64,000 nucleotides of DNA from Dipteris shenzhenensis (lineage: Eukaryota), in assembly GCA_047967505.1 (NCBI GenBank), contig CM106538.1; one strand, given 5' to 3'. The notes under the pieces are model-generated. The model did no database searches. It had not been told where the DNA came from and saw only the letters and a list, made by a program, of their open reading frames with translations. Position 1 is the stretch's first letter. The number at the start of each line of letters is the position of its first letter. Below are positions 50,000-62,542 of the stretch, one piece after another. A program made the position numbers and the translations under genes.

Positions 50000-52900
50000 T
50001 AACACTACACACCATTGCTAGGGCTTCTCTTTCTGTGGCAGTATACTTGATCTTTGTATCATTGAGTTGTCAAACTAGCAAAGTAGAATGGGTAGTCTTT
50101 CTTATGTTCACTAGGTTCGCAAAGCACACTCCCAATCACATACTTGGAGCAGTCGATATCTCAATTGGGAGATATAAGGATGGGTGATGTGATTAGGTGC
50201 CACATTAAAATCTCAAAGGCTTGGTTGCATTCTTCTGTCCATAAGAATTCCACCAATAATTTGTAAAGTGGTATGGCTATCATGGCATACCACAAGATAA
50301 ATCTTCTATAGTAGCTAGCATGTCCCATAAAGACCTGTACACCTTTGGAATTTGTAGGAGGGGGAAATTCCATGATGATTTTGATGTTGTCCATGTTAGT
50401 TGAATCCCATGTTGAAAACAATGTTTCTCAAAACAACTCTGTAGGTGACCATGAACTGGCATTTTGTTGGATTTAGGGAGATGCCATACTTCTTCCATTT
50501 GATTAGAACTGCTTCAAGGCATTTCAAGTGGTCTTGCTTGTTGGAGTGGATGCACAAATCATCCAATAATACCTATAGGAACTTATTCAAAAATGACTTG
50601 AAGGTGGTGAACATGACTCTATGGAATGTGGCCGGGGCATTAGAAATGCTGAATGGCATGACTCTATAGGAAAATATACCTCGAGTATACCCCATTCTAT
50701 AGCAAATTCTATTTTTGATTGATCAATAGCAGCAGGAGCAATTGGTGCTTGATTATAGCCACTAAAGCCATCCAACAACATCTATATCTCTGATCCAGCC
50801 ACATTTTCCAATACTACATCTAAGAATTCTTCTATTTTGTCATAGACCATGGTGCCATATTTTAACCTTAGGGTGGGCACCTTCCCTAATAGGTATCGTG
50901 TGTACTACCACTTCTAGTGAAATTCCCTTCATTTTCTTGTATGCCCATGCTAGGAAATCTCAGTATTCCATTAGGAGTTATTTTAGCTTTGTTTTTTCTT
51001 CTTGTGTGAGCTGTTTCCCAATGAATACCAATTTCTCTTCCTCCCCTTCAAGGGCAAGGTTTACTGTGCCAATTTTGGCCAGTCCCTTCTAGATCAAAGT
51101 CTCTCCAATGTTATTGGTTTGTTGCACTTCAAATTCTCTTACTGGCCTTTGCATTGCTATGGGGACACTACTACTTGTGTAGTTCTTGAAGTACTCTGGC
51201 ACTTCTTGAAGATCTGCCTATGATGGTGTTGAACTAGCCTTGTTAGATATGATCAATGCCCCACCTCCTGGTAACCACCAATGGTCCAAGGTGCTCAAGT
51301 TGTAAGGCCCCCATATGAGGAGAAGCCATGTGTGAGCTCGAGACACTGGATGGATCCTCACTTGCATGTCAAATGAGGTCTATCAATGAGATCGTTGATG
51401 GTAGAAAGGTGATCTATGTGAGTCTAGCCTATGGGCTAGGTAGAGTAGGTAAGCTGGTAGCACAACGAGGCACATTGTCTTGATTGTGTGGGAGCCCCTT
51501 ACTCTTGCTGGGGCCTGGGGGCTAGTTGGGGGGGGTCCCATGGGGGCCAGCGGCCCCCCTGGTGGGGGTTCGGGGGCGAGAGCCCCAAGGTGACTATATA
51601 GGGAATATTCCCTAAATATTCCATGGACGACTAGTTGGTTCCACTGACTAGGTTAACTAGTCGGCTTCACTGACTAGATTGATTGGTCGGTTGCACCGAC
51701 TACGTTGATTTGACTACCGCCCTCATAGCTATAAAGAGGTGACCTCCCCAGTCCATTGTACCAGATCAAATCTTTCAGTAGAGATCTTCCAGCAATAGCT
51801 AGTAGCTCTTCACCTAGTATCTGTCTAGATTACCATCTAAGCTCCACTTTGGGAGCACATGGGTGGATGGAGCCATCATCTATACTACCTTAGTATTGAA
51901 GGAAAATTTTGTTCGTCTCTAGTTTGATGTGTACTCTCTATTCTTTGTTCAGTTTCCGTTCCGCTGCACCGTGTAATTTAACAAGCCTGACATGGGCTAT
52001 GAAAACTATGCGGCATAGGATCATTAACCAATTTTTTAGGCTCTTGTGGACTTTCTTTTTCTGAAGTCTCGTTATTGTCAAGATTCATCCACACATGTGG
52101 CTTAAACTTTCAATACTTCTTACGTTGAGAATTGTGGGGTAACTTTTCCATAGGTAAAGTACTCCCAAGTAAAGGTTCATTTGCTATGCATACTCCTTCA
52201 AGTCCATTAGGAGACCATTCAAGAGGAGGTGGCTAAAATTTTGTGGGAGCTAGCTTGGTAAGATACAACTTGACGATCCTAGTTTGGACTTGTTCAAACT
52301 CATTGAAGTGGTCAGCCTTGGCTTTGTGTGGCGATGTCCTCCTTCCACTTTCTTGCAGGATCGTCTACTATTATTCAACTTTGGAGATTCCACTTTGGGA
52401 AGTTCAACTACCATAAGGGCATGGAGAATGTCTAAATCATTCTCAAAGACATGGTCTTCTAATGAAGCATTTTCAGCCTCTATTTCAAGGTCCCAAGGAA
52501 AATCCGAGTCCTTATTGGAATTGTTAGCTTCTTTAGGTTCACTATTCCATTCAAGGTCAACCATAAAGAATGGCACTTCTGGATCAATTGGTTCTTCATG
52601 TGTGATTGGAGGTTTTACCTACATGACCTTAGCATCAATTTGCAAGAAGATGGGACCTAGAGTATGGCAGTTGTCAATGGTCGCCAATTCTTGGACCTAT
52701 CCCCACATTGACTTTTACTCCTATCCCCACATTGCTCCTATCCACAATGGGTTTTATTGCTCCTATCCCCACATTGACTTTTACTGCGGTCTTGTAATTT
52801 TGGATTGCTAATCTATCAATTCTTAATGATGAAGGATTGATTCTTCACACAACCAAGGACTTCCAAGAAATATTTGATAAGATTTCTTGGGGAGATCCAA

Positions 52901-55100
52901 GATTGTGAATTGAAGAGTAAAGTGGAATCCTGCGACTTTTGTGGACACTCCATTCACTATTTCCAAGGGCTTTGCACATGAATCATCTACAAGCTGTATG
53001 TTGAAATTAGCCTTTTGCATTGGTGGGAGACCCCATTCATCATAGATGTCCTTCCCAATCTCTGGGAGAGTTTCAAAGGGTGGATTGAGCTAGCAAATAC
53101 CTCTCCCCCTATGGAAGACATCAAAGACATCCCTATGTGGATGGGTGAGAGAGATGACATACACAACATCACCGTGCCTTTGATCCATAAAGCATATGAT
53201 GAAGTCCAAGACATGGTGGATGGTGGAGCGGGTGTGAATGTCCTATCCACAATTTCATAAGAGGATTCTCATTGGAATGGACACTAGAAAAATTAGAATA
53301 CTAGAGATTGCGGCACCTTCAAGTTGGCATGGTGGTACATTATGTTATGGATATTGTTGCTAGAATAAAGGCTCAAGTACAGTGTCGATACTTGGTGGAG
53401 CCAAGTTAGGGATCGGATCTTGTGCTTGCTTCTCAGCCTCCAATTGAGATTTTTCTTTTTGCACCCATTGTTGAAGTTCCTGAAATTGAGCCTTCTCCAC
53501 TTGTGCATTAGGGTATGGCACTTCTTTTATTTGAGGATCGGGAGATGATGTGGATGAACTTGGATGCTCATTGCTTGGTGGAGGTATAGGCACTTCTGCT
53601 TTCTTTTGAATAGCTCTTCTTGATTGAATTGGAATATTAGGGCCCTTGGTGGCCTCTTTGCTTGCCAGCCCTAGACTTTGATGGTCCACCCCAATAATGC
53701 CGATTGGGACATTAGGCTTAGTCTCATTTTGTTGTGGGACCTTATTTTTCATGGGACAATCCATACATGCATGGCCAATGCCACAATCTCTACAGAGTTG
53801 TTGGAAAGTAGCGGGGCTACCATGATGAGGGCACTCTGCAATCCAGTGATTCTCTCCACAACCGTAGCACTTGCTCGATATGTGTTGGGCCAAACTTGAT
53901 TCGCATAGACAAGTATTAGACTTTTGGCTCCTTCCATATAGTACACTAGGTGCTCAGCTTCATACTCAAATTGTGAATCCACTTCCTTGGCTTGAAGTTG
54001 TATTGGAAGTGTCAGAGGAGTTGGATTTGGCGCTCTTGGATATCATTCGTGGATTTGGATTCCTAAGTAATTGTGGGACTTGGATCCAAACTAGAATAGG
54101 ATTCAACCTCAGAGAAGGGGGGTGCTTATGCAAGTGCTAGTTGCTTATACATTGGGATGGGTGCCAGTTGGTATTGTCGAGGTCGAGGTGGGTTGTTGCG
54201 CATGTTGAAGATGCAACTATTTTCATCATGCCCACCGACTGCATAGATGTGGCACCACAACCATGGTGGTGGATTGTCTTGTGCATTGATACTTGCTCTT
54301 AGGATGGGGCATTCATTTGCTATGTGATTGGCCATGCAATGTGGACACCATACATTTTCTCATCGTGGATAAGTCTGAGGTGGCACCTGAGACATGTGAA
54401 GCTTTTGTTCCATGGCCTACATCATTTCTTCTCTTTGCTTCATGGTCATGGAGTCTAGGCGGTCTTCATTAAATGTTTCTATAGTGGACTTGGTTTTTCC
54501 CTTCTAGAGTGCTTATCTCACACACTGGCTCTTCCATCATCACTATTGATGTCAGAGTCTATCATGCCATCCTTGATGTCAATGGCTACCACATGAGCAG
54601 CACTGAATGTTTTGTCTACTGCTAATATTTTTCATGTCTTTGCAGATTTTCTTCCCTAGGCCTACAATGAACCAAGCTGTGAGGTACTTATCATTGGGGT
54701 GTGGGTCACATTTGGCAATTAAGTGTTTCATCTTGCCCAGGTACATGCATACATCTTCTCGTCAACCTTGTTCGAGCTTGCTTAGTTGGATAGTGTGATC
54801 ATCTTGTAGTCTCTTCGTTTGAAAGTGCCTCTTGAATTCAGTTTGCAACATGTCCCATGTGGCTCTTTCTTCCACTAGGAGGTCTAGGTACTATTCTAAG
54901 GCTTCATCGATTAAGGCCATGGGGAACCATGCTACCTTGGTTTCATTTTGATTGATCTCCTCCAACTCGACATGTGGCATCAAAATGGTAGAGAAATCTT
55001 GTTGGATAGCCCCGGCCATTGTATTTGGGAGTTTTGAGTTTTTCCAAGGGTTGCCTGCCTTGAGTGTTATTGTTGTGGCCATAACTATTGTGAGCATTAA
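50000..55100 (-). mobile_element. Decayed Ty3/gypsy gag-PR-RT-RNaseH
   Basis: RT fragments LLDGFSGYNQ, MPFSISNAPATF, LLDDLCI and FMGHASYYRRFI. Protease FLGSPWL. Gag zinc knuckles and capsid KTPKYNGRG. Ends not resolved. Confidence 0.85.
51241..51983. mobile_element. Solo LTR (743 bp)
   Basis: TGTTA...TAACA termini. TSD AGCCT at 51236-51240 and 51984-51988. No internal region. Confidence 0.88.
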
Positions 55101-55159
55101 AGAAATTATCTGCATCTACCTCCCGATCAATGTCTCTGTGTAGCTGCCACCGCCAAGCG

Positions 55160-55450
55160 AATGAAGGGGGGTGAAAAGAAGGGGGGGTGGAGGGGTTGGT
55201 GGTGGAGGGGGGGGGGGTTGGAGAGGGGGGGCAGAGGGGGTGGAGAGGGGGGGCGGAAGGAAGGGCGGGGTGGTGGTGGAGGGGGGCCAGGGGCAGGGGG
55301 GAGGGTTGTGGAGAAGGGGGGAAGGGGGGGGGGGAGAGAGGGGGGGGGGGGTGGAGGGGGAGGGGGAGGGGGAGGGGGGGTGGGGGTGGAGAAGGGGGAG
55401 GGGGAGGCAGGGGGGGTGGGGGTGGAGAAGGGGGATGGAGATGGAGAAGC
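55160..55450. repeat. G-run low-complexity tract
   Basis: Many G4-G12 runs. Reads as polyproline on the minus strand, upstream of the gypsy gag. Confidence 0.85.
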
Positions 55451-56189
55451 AACTCGACGATGAGGATTGGAGCAAGATGGTGGTCGATCGAGAGGGAGGA
55501 GGGTCTTTCATAGGGCTCAGAATGGGGAAGAGGATGGAATCTAAATGTGTAAGAAGAAGAATGTGGGGGTGGAGTGGGTCTTTATAGGAATGGATTTAGG
55601 GTTAGGGTTAAACCCTAAACTCTTCCCAAGCCATAACTTTTCATGGTTAGCTCAGATCGCTCTTTTGTTAAAAGATGAAATGTTCAAAATTGCAAGCTCT
55701 ACACATTGGTGTCCATTAAATATCCTGATTTGATCTTCAAGTGGCTTCTTTTTAAGAAATAAAGAAAATATTTTAAGGTAGTAACCCAAGGTTGATGCTT
55801 GGCGTTGATATTTTTTGCTACAATTGGGAAATGTTCTTTACTCTCCTAGCCCTTGAGTAATATGTTTGTGATAGTTCATGGTAGTTTGTTCTTCAGACAT
55901 TACTTTAGAAGCTAGTGTCCTTGACAATAGTGCCAAATGTTGGCTCTTTCCCATGGCTTCCATAGGAAGAGCAGGGGACTCTTAGTTTGTAGGGTTTCGA
56001 GGCTTTTTGTCACCTACAAATATATCGATGTCGTCATTTGTAGTATAAGTGTAGCTTAGGACCTCAGGTCGTATTCCGGTGAGGGAGGTAGGCTTAGGTG
56101 TGATAAGCAAACATAGTGCATGCATTTGTGAAAGGAACATGCATCATCATGATTGGGGTAATGAAGACTTTCACCTTCATTGGGGGTTG

Positions 56190-56650
56190 AAGGGTTTAGG
56201 AGGAGTTTTAAGGGTTAGAGGGAGGTTTAGGGTTTAGAGGGAGGTTAAGGGTTTAGAAGTAGGTTCCAAGGTTTAGAAGAGGGTCCAGGGTTTATAAGAC
56301 ATTCCAAGGTTCAGAAGGGTTTTACGAGTTAGAAGGAGGATCCAAGGTTCAGGGTAGAGTGCATGGTGGAGAACTCATCTCCCTCATAGATCATGCAGGT
56401 CAGGGGTTGAGGGAATAAGGGTTTTAGGGGGAGCATAGGAGTGGGAGGGGAAGAAGGTGTAAGGGCATGGGGGAGAAGGAGAGATAGGAGAAGGGAGGAA
56501 GAGAGGGAGAAGAAGGGAGAAGGGAGGGGAAGAGGGAGGAGAAGGGAGGACGAGGGAGGACGAGGGAGGAAGAGAGGGAGAGTAGGAGTTGGGAGGAGGA
56601 GGGGAGAGGAGGGGTTGCAAGGTTGGAGGAGAGGGGAGGAGGAATTGCAA
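56190..56650. repeat. Degenerate gggtttag repeats followed by a GA-rich tract
   Basis: agggtttag variants at ~19-bp spacing over 56190-56350. Purine-rich tract over 56440-56650. Confidence 0.7.
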
Positions 56651-57249
56651 GGTTAGGACATGCTTTTGGATTTGGAGTGCAAGGAAGTATGGACACTTGA
56701 GACATGTAGGAGCTACATGTAGAACTTGCATGTAGGAATCACATGTAGAACTTACATGTAGAACTTCCATGTTGGATTCCTAAGAGAGATTATTCTTAGT
56801 CTTATGCAAGTACCAGCAATAGAGCTTTTCCACTACTCTACACATACATTCTATGCTATGTAAGTACATGGAGACAACAATTAACATTCCTTTGATCATC
56901 AAAGCATGCATGTGTGGTTTGATAGACTTGCATTTTTTTAATGTTAATATCAATGCTTTTATTGTCAATAGAAATATCGACTTTGTGGCATTTTCTAGAC
57001 AGCTTATCGGTGGAAATATCAATGGAAGAAGGCATTGGAAGGACTTTTGTCATTGTGCATGCCTCTTTTGCATTTCATGTCATCATTAATGGACTATGTA
57101 ATAAAATAGAGATGTAATAGGCAAGTGTTCTTTGTATAGATGTCTTCAAGCTCATCGAAATCCAAATAAATGAGTAGTAGAGTAAGTCTTTATCAACTGG
57201 TATTGTGTGATTGTGTCCAATGCAAAGGACAGATAAGGAGATTATGCAC

Positions 57250-58165
57250 CATATCAATCACACACATAAAGAGATTTGGTTGCTTCCAACCTTCACCTGA
57301 GGTTGAGTTCAATGATGAGGTATATATTCAAAAGTGTGTCAAAAAGTTTGTGGAAACATATTATTGGGGATAGAGATACTCCAAAAACATGAGAGGACTT
57401 GAAATTGATGAAAAACGAAAGACCCTTTTGGCCAAAAAAAAAGTGTAGGCAAGGTGATTTTACCAAAGGCACTATGGGTATTGACAAAAGAAGAGGAGGC
57501 CTGGGTGAAGAGTGTTATTGTAGGTATGAAAACCCCAACTAGGTACATGCATAGCGTAAAGGGTGCCTTTACTTCGAACGTAAAACTAAGTGTCTAAAGT
57601 CGCATGATTGGCACAAATTGATACAGTATTTCCATGCACTTGTAGATTTGGAAACATTTTTAAATTCTTGTTTCAATTTTTCTAACACATGATTTTTATT
57701 GTAGTATGTACTTCCAATTTTTGCGAGGATGCATACTAAAGATGCATCAAATGCCATCAACAAGCTCAATGTATTTGTGAGGTATGTCAATGGGTTTGCT
57801 AATGCATGTCTAATTTCCCTTCTCATTGCAAAAGGTAGTTACATTGCTTACCAAAAGTTACCATGCAAGATGATATCATCAAAAGAAATTACGAAGTCAT
57901 CCATTTTAGAATTGAGAATTATCACCATTGAAGCCATATGTTTGATCGAAAAGGAATTTTCAACAAGTATCATCAACATCCAATTATATCTACTTGTGCA
58001 CTTGGCTAATGAAGTGGCATATCCAAGTGCTTTACATAGCCGATGAATGTTTTTCTTGGAATAGTTTATGAAGGTGTTGAAAGAGTATGTAAGACAAAAA
58101 GCTAGACCAGAGGGAAGCATGGTAGAAGGATGGTTGGTGCAAGAACATTATAGAGAATGACTCAT
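57250..58165 (+). pseudogene. CACTA/EnSpm TnpD (Tnp2) transposase remnant, DUF4218-type region, with introns
   Basis: LKSHDWHKLIQ; EAICLIEKEFSTSIINIQLYLLVHLANEV; MFFLE*FMKVLKEYVRQKARPEGSMVEGW. Confidence 0.85.
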
Positions 58166-58234
58166 GCCAGACATGTGTCTTGACTTTGGGATCATTGCGA
58201 TAACCCACGGGTTGTAGGAGAGATTGGACAAGGG

Positions 58235-58422
58235 TGTTAAAGATAGTGTAAATTGCACTATCCACATAGGGCATAGGGGTAGACCCTAGCCCTAATCCTA
58301 ACCCTAAGGGGTTCACATGTATATCTTCATGTTCATTGTCAATACACTTAGTGTATAGGTAGCTATAGCATGTGCACTCCTATCTCTCTCCCTTCTCACT
58401 TCCACTATCATGGTATCAGACC
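58235..58422 (+). mobile_element. Probable short 5' LTR plus Met-type PBS of an unresolved retroelement
   Basis: TGTTA at 58235, ...CTATCA at 58410, then tggtatcagacc 58411-58422. No partner LTR found. Confidence 0.5.
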
Positions 58423-60033
58423 CGATGGTGAGGCATCCTCCGTGAGAGAGAGATTTCTGCTAGAGAGAGTCAATCCCTTGCTTCATCAAGGCACAAGCCC
58501 TTGTTCCATCAAGGCATAAGCCCTCTGTCTGAGGCATCTTCACTCATCATTATATCTTACAAGCTACTCCATTGGCAGTTGACCTCCAACACAAGTGACT
58601 AGCTACAACCATGAGTGGCTCCAACGACCCTTCCTCTGCAATCTTGATCTTTGCTACTCCATGATGGGCTTCTCTTCATCACCCTCATCTACATGAAGCC
58701 ACATCTAATGCCCACCACCAATGCTAGCCACTATTGGCTCCCAAACCATCAATAGCCTGAGCAACCATCTTCCTCATCACCAACAATTGGCCAATAGTGC
58801 TCCAAATGGCCAAATGACTCCTCAATTGGAAGCATGGCTTTTTTGCTCATCCGCAACGATATCCTAAAGCTCGGCTACTTCTAACTCCTTCATGGGATGA
58901 CACGAACGAAAGCAACACAACTCCAGGCACTAGCACAATGAGCTCATAGGCCTCTCAAAGAAACCGATAGCAGAGGTCTCCCACAAACTCCTACCTGCTT
59001 CTCCATTGACTCTGATTGCAACGACTACGTATGCACCATCAACCCATCAACGAGCAAGAAAATGACTCCATAGCCAACCCAGCAAGCTCACTAAAGCACC
59101 ACCATAGCCAAACATCCCACAAGCAGCTCTGTGAGTGGCTTTGTAGCTTTATGACCTACACTAGGTCTCCATCAAATGGCTCCTTCAACAATAGAAACTT
59201 TTGTCCAATGGGCTAGCAAACACAATGGCAACAATGCTCTACCAATCGATACTCCAGCAAGCCTCTTCTGCAAGTGACAACTCCACGTACAACCTCCATG
59301 AGCACTTCAACAAATGAGTGATGCCATTCTAATGCAACCCTCACACTGCAACACCCATGGCTCATCGGCCTCAGCAAAGACTCGGCTTAGCTCTAGCCTC
59401 CCAATTATGCTGTAGAACTCACGACTCCATAGCTATAGAAGCTACAAAAGTGACTGTTCTCCCAGGATGAAATTTTAAATCAAACAGAATCTCAAGTATT
59501 ACATCAAAATCTTTGAGATTTTGAAGGTCCTTATCTTGGATGACACACGGTGCATTGTTCATCAACCCCTTGAGCTTAGGTTTAAACACAACACTCCTCT
59601 ATTAGTCACCCAGCTTCAGAGCATTTGTTGAGATATCCTCGGTTGTATTGTTTAATCCAAAGGGAATTTTGCAGAGTTGTGAAAAGGAAAAATGATCGCC
59701 AGATCATGCTCTACATGATGAAAAACTTGGATCTGCCATCTGATATTTCCATAGTCTAATATCAACAAAACCTCTTCATCAAAACCACCTCTTGATCCCT
59801 TGCACCATACCCAAAACAAAAAATGAATTTATATAAAATTCATTTGCTATATTTATTGCATTGATGTGTAGTCTAACTATAGACTAGCACTACCATAGAG
59901 GAGATCAAACTACACCAAGCCAAGTAATCCATTGCCTCATTACCCAATTAGTTCATGTTGCTGGTGTCTCCAAAATGCAAGAAAACAACCACATGTTTCC
60001 ACACCTGGCAATAGAAGTGCTAGGGTGGACTAA

Positions 60034-60390
60034 TGTTGGAAAGATGCAAAGGCAACGTGAAAACATCAAAAGAACTGAGATTGCTATTTATACAGTAGAA
60101 ATATTCTTAGTAGTTTGTATTCTAACAGACCACAACAACAACCCTCATACAAGAGGTGAAGATGAGCTTATAACATCATCTGACTACAATCGAGTAAACA
60201 CTCAGAAACAACAAATAGTCCAAAACATAATGTGGGTGATAAGGCCACTCCTACTGGCTGTTAGGGATAGTTCTAACTATCCCTATAGCTACAAAATTGT
60301 CCCACTACTCCTGATATAACTTCCCTCTACTAGGGGTGTACTAACCCTCCTGGGGTGAAGCCTATGTGGGTGGATGGGTCACCCTCAACA
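60034..60390. mobile_element. Possible isolated LTR
   Basis: TGTTG...CAACA termini, but the flanking 5-mers differ. Confidence 0.3.
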
Positions 60391-60850
60391 CCTGGCACTC
60401 CCTGTGGAAAAACTTTTGCCAGAAAGTGGGAGACATGAACCCTTACTGGAAATAGTCCATCAAGTGGACCTTGATAGTATGTGTGGAATTTAGATCAATG
60501 ATTGCTTCCTTACCAACAATGGGATCTTCTTCCTCTTTATCTTCCTTGTAGCTGTCATGTAGCTCTGGTTGCTCCTGAGAGATCTCAACAACAGAAGCAA
60601 AATGGAAGAGGGTGAGAGAAAGGGATAGCTAGAAGAGAGAGCCACACAAGTTTTGGTGGGTGCAGAACACCCTAATCTTCTATGTCATTCATATAAATAT
60701 ATATGTGTGTTTGAGTATCTTACATATCTAGGGTTAAGGTATAGTGGCCTTTAACCACCACAACCTCCCACAAAGAAGTACTTGGTTGCTCAATTATTGT
60801 AACAACATGATCAGACACCCTTGATACATGTAAGGGATACAAAGTCTAAC

Positions 60851-62000
60851 ACACTTGGTGGTGGTTGCAGTTGCTGATTTTGATTACCACATGCATTATA
60901 GTTAATAATGGGGATTCCTCTTTCTCCTCAATGTTTGCACCAAAGTTCACAAATGAGGACCTTGTCTGTGTCCTTCCATGCCACAGTATGTGCATGGTTG
61001 ATTCTAGTTTTGACCTTGTTGATTCCCCCAATTCTATTAATTGGGTCTTCTTTGTTGTGGATTGTTGAATCTTTATTGTGCTTGGTTGCCTATAGCAATC
61101 TGGTTTAGTTTAGTTTTGTACATGAGGAGGAACTCTTCCCCTGTAGTTTGGATTATACCAGCATCTTTCTTTCTCATGATTGTCCTTCCCACAAAATGCA
61201 CAAGAAAGTTTAGGTGGAGGTGGGGGTATCTTTAAAGTTTCCAATTGCTCCTTGATCATCTGCTCTAACTTAGAGAGCTTGTCTACTTTCTTCTTGCCTT
61301 TTGATTTGTCTTTGTCCTTGCTTTTGTCTTTTCTTTTTCTTGGAGGTCTCTTCCTTATCACTCTCTTCATCTGATGTTTCATCTATTGTTGCATCACTCT
61401 TCTCTTCCTCTGCATCAGTATTTGTTTCTGTTTTAGAACCTGTGTCAGAGTCAAAATGTCTTTCTTCTTTTGCTTTTTGGACCTTGACTTAGTGCCGTCT
61501 TCTTTCTGATATTTGTGCAGCATCAACCATGTTGTTGAAATCATTTACTCCTCCGAGCTGATCTCTGTCAACTACTGTTGTCCTTAATTCTTTGTTGAGC
61601 TCCTTACAAAAGTAATCACCTAACTCCTCATCAGTGGGTTGTTGAGTGTGTCAATCTCCTATTTAGATTTCTGAATATATGTGCATAGTCTTCAACTAAC
61701 AAATGTTTTTGCTTCATATTCCCAAGATTTTTGAGTATGTCTTCCGGTGTTTTTTCTTTACAAAAATGATTTAAAAAGGCAATTTTCAAATCATCATTTG
61801 TTTGAAATTGAGCTACACCGTATTGCATAAGCCAATTCATTGCCTTACCATTCAATGTTGTTGCAATTTTTGTGAGGTCTGGTAGTTGTTCAAATCTTGT
61901 CTCAAACAGTCCCACATGATTGTCATGATCTTGTCTTTTCTTGCCTATGAATTTAGCTAATTTCACCAAGGGATTTTGCATCCTTGGCTGTCGTTGCTGT
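60851..62000 (-). pseudogene. Decayed Ty3/gypsy gag
   Basis: QNPLVKLAKFIGK..TTLNGKAMNWL..DLKIAFLNHF capsid-like region and knuckle CAFCGKDNHEKERC. Confidence 0.75.
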
Positions 62001-62542
62001 CTTTGAGATGAAAGTTGTCTTATTTTTGGAGGTGGAGGCAGAGGATTGAAATCGACTTTTCTTTGAGCTCATATAAACAATTTTGCTACGAAATTTGTTG
62101 CAATACCCCTCTTGATCAATTCTTTAGTAGGTGATTGTACCATCAATTAGGTAAGTTTGAGCTGTACTTCACTTCCTTTTGTGCCATGCATAGAATTGTT
62201 GGAAGAACTGGTTCCACTTGGTGTGTAATTGGTATCGTGGAAAATATCCTCCTGATCATCCGTCTATGTGCTTGCTTCTAGTCGAGCACGGTTTTTGGTG
62301 AAGTAGGCATAGCCAACTTGGCAAGCCGACGTTTGCTCTTGAGAGTTATCCATCATGGACTAAGGTGCTCGCCCCATGAAAGAGAAAAATACAGCAATTT
62401 AATCACTGGCTATTGTAGAGGTGCATCTAGTGTATTGTGATTAGTAGTCTGCTGGCACTTTTGTGATCTTTTGTTCTTCAGTAGTTGATTTTGCTTTTGT
62501 GCACAGTAGGAAGTTGGTCCACGTGTTCCTCTTGACAAAATA

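Noticed and set aside
54943-56770. Pro/Gly-rich ORFs as formin or extensin genes
   Set aside because: Low-complexity G/GA tracts with no accompanying domain.
59560-60000. Faint copia RT-like fragment on the minus strand (LCKIPFGLKQ)
   Set aside because: Too degraded to support without a search.
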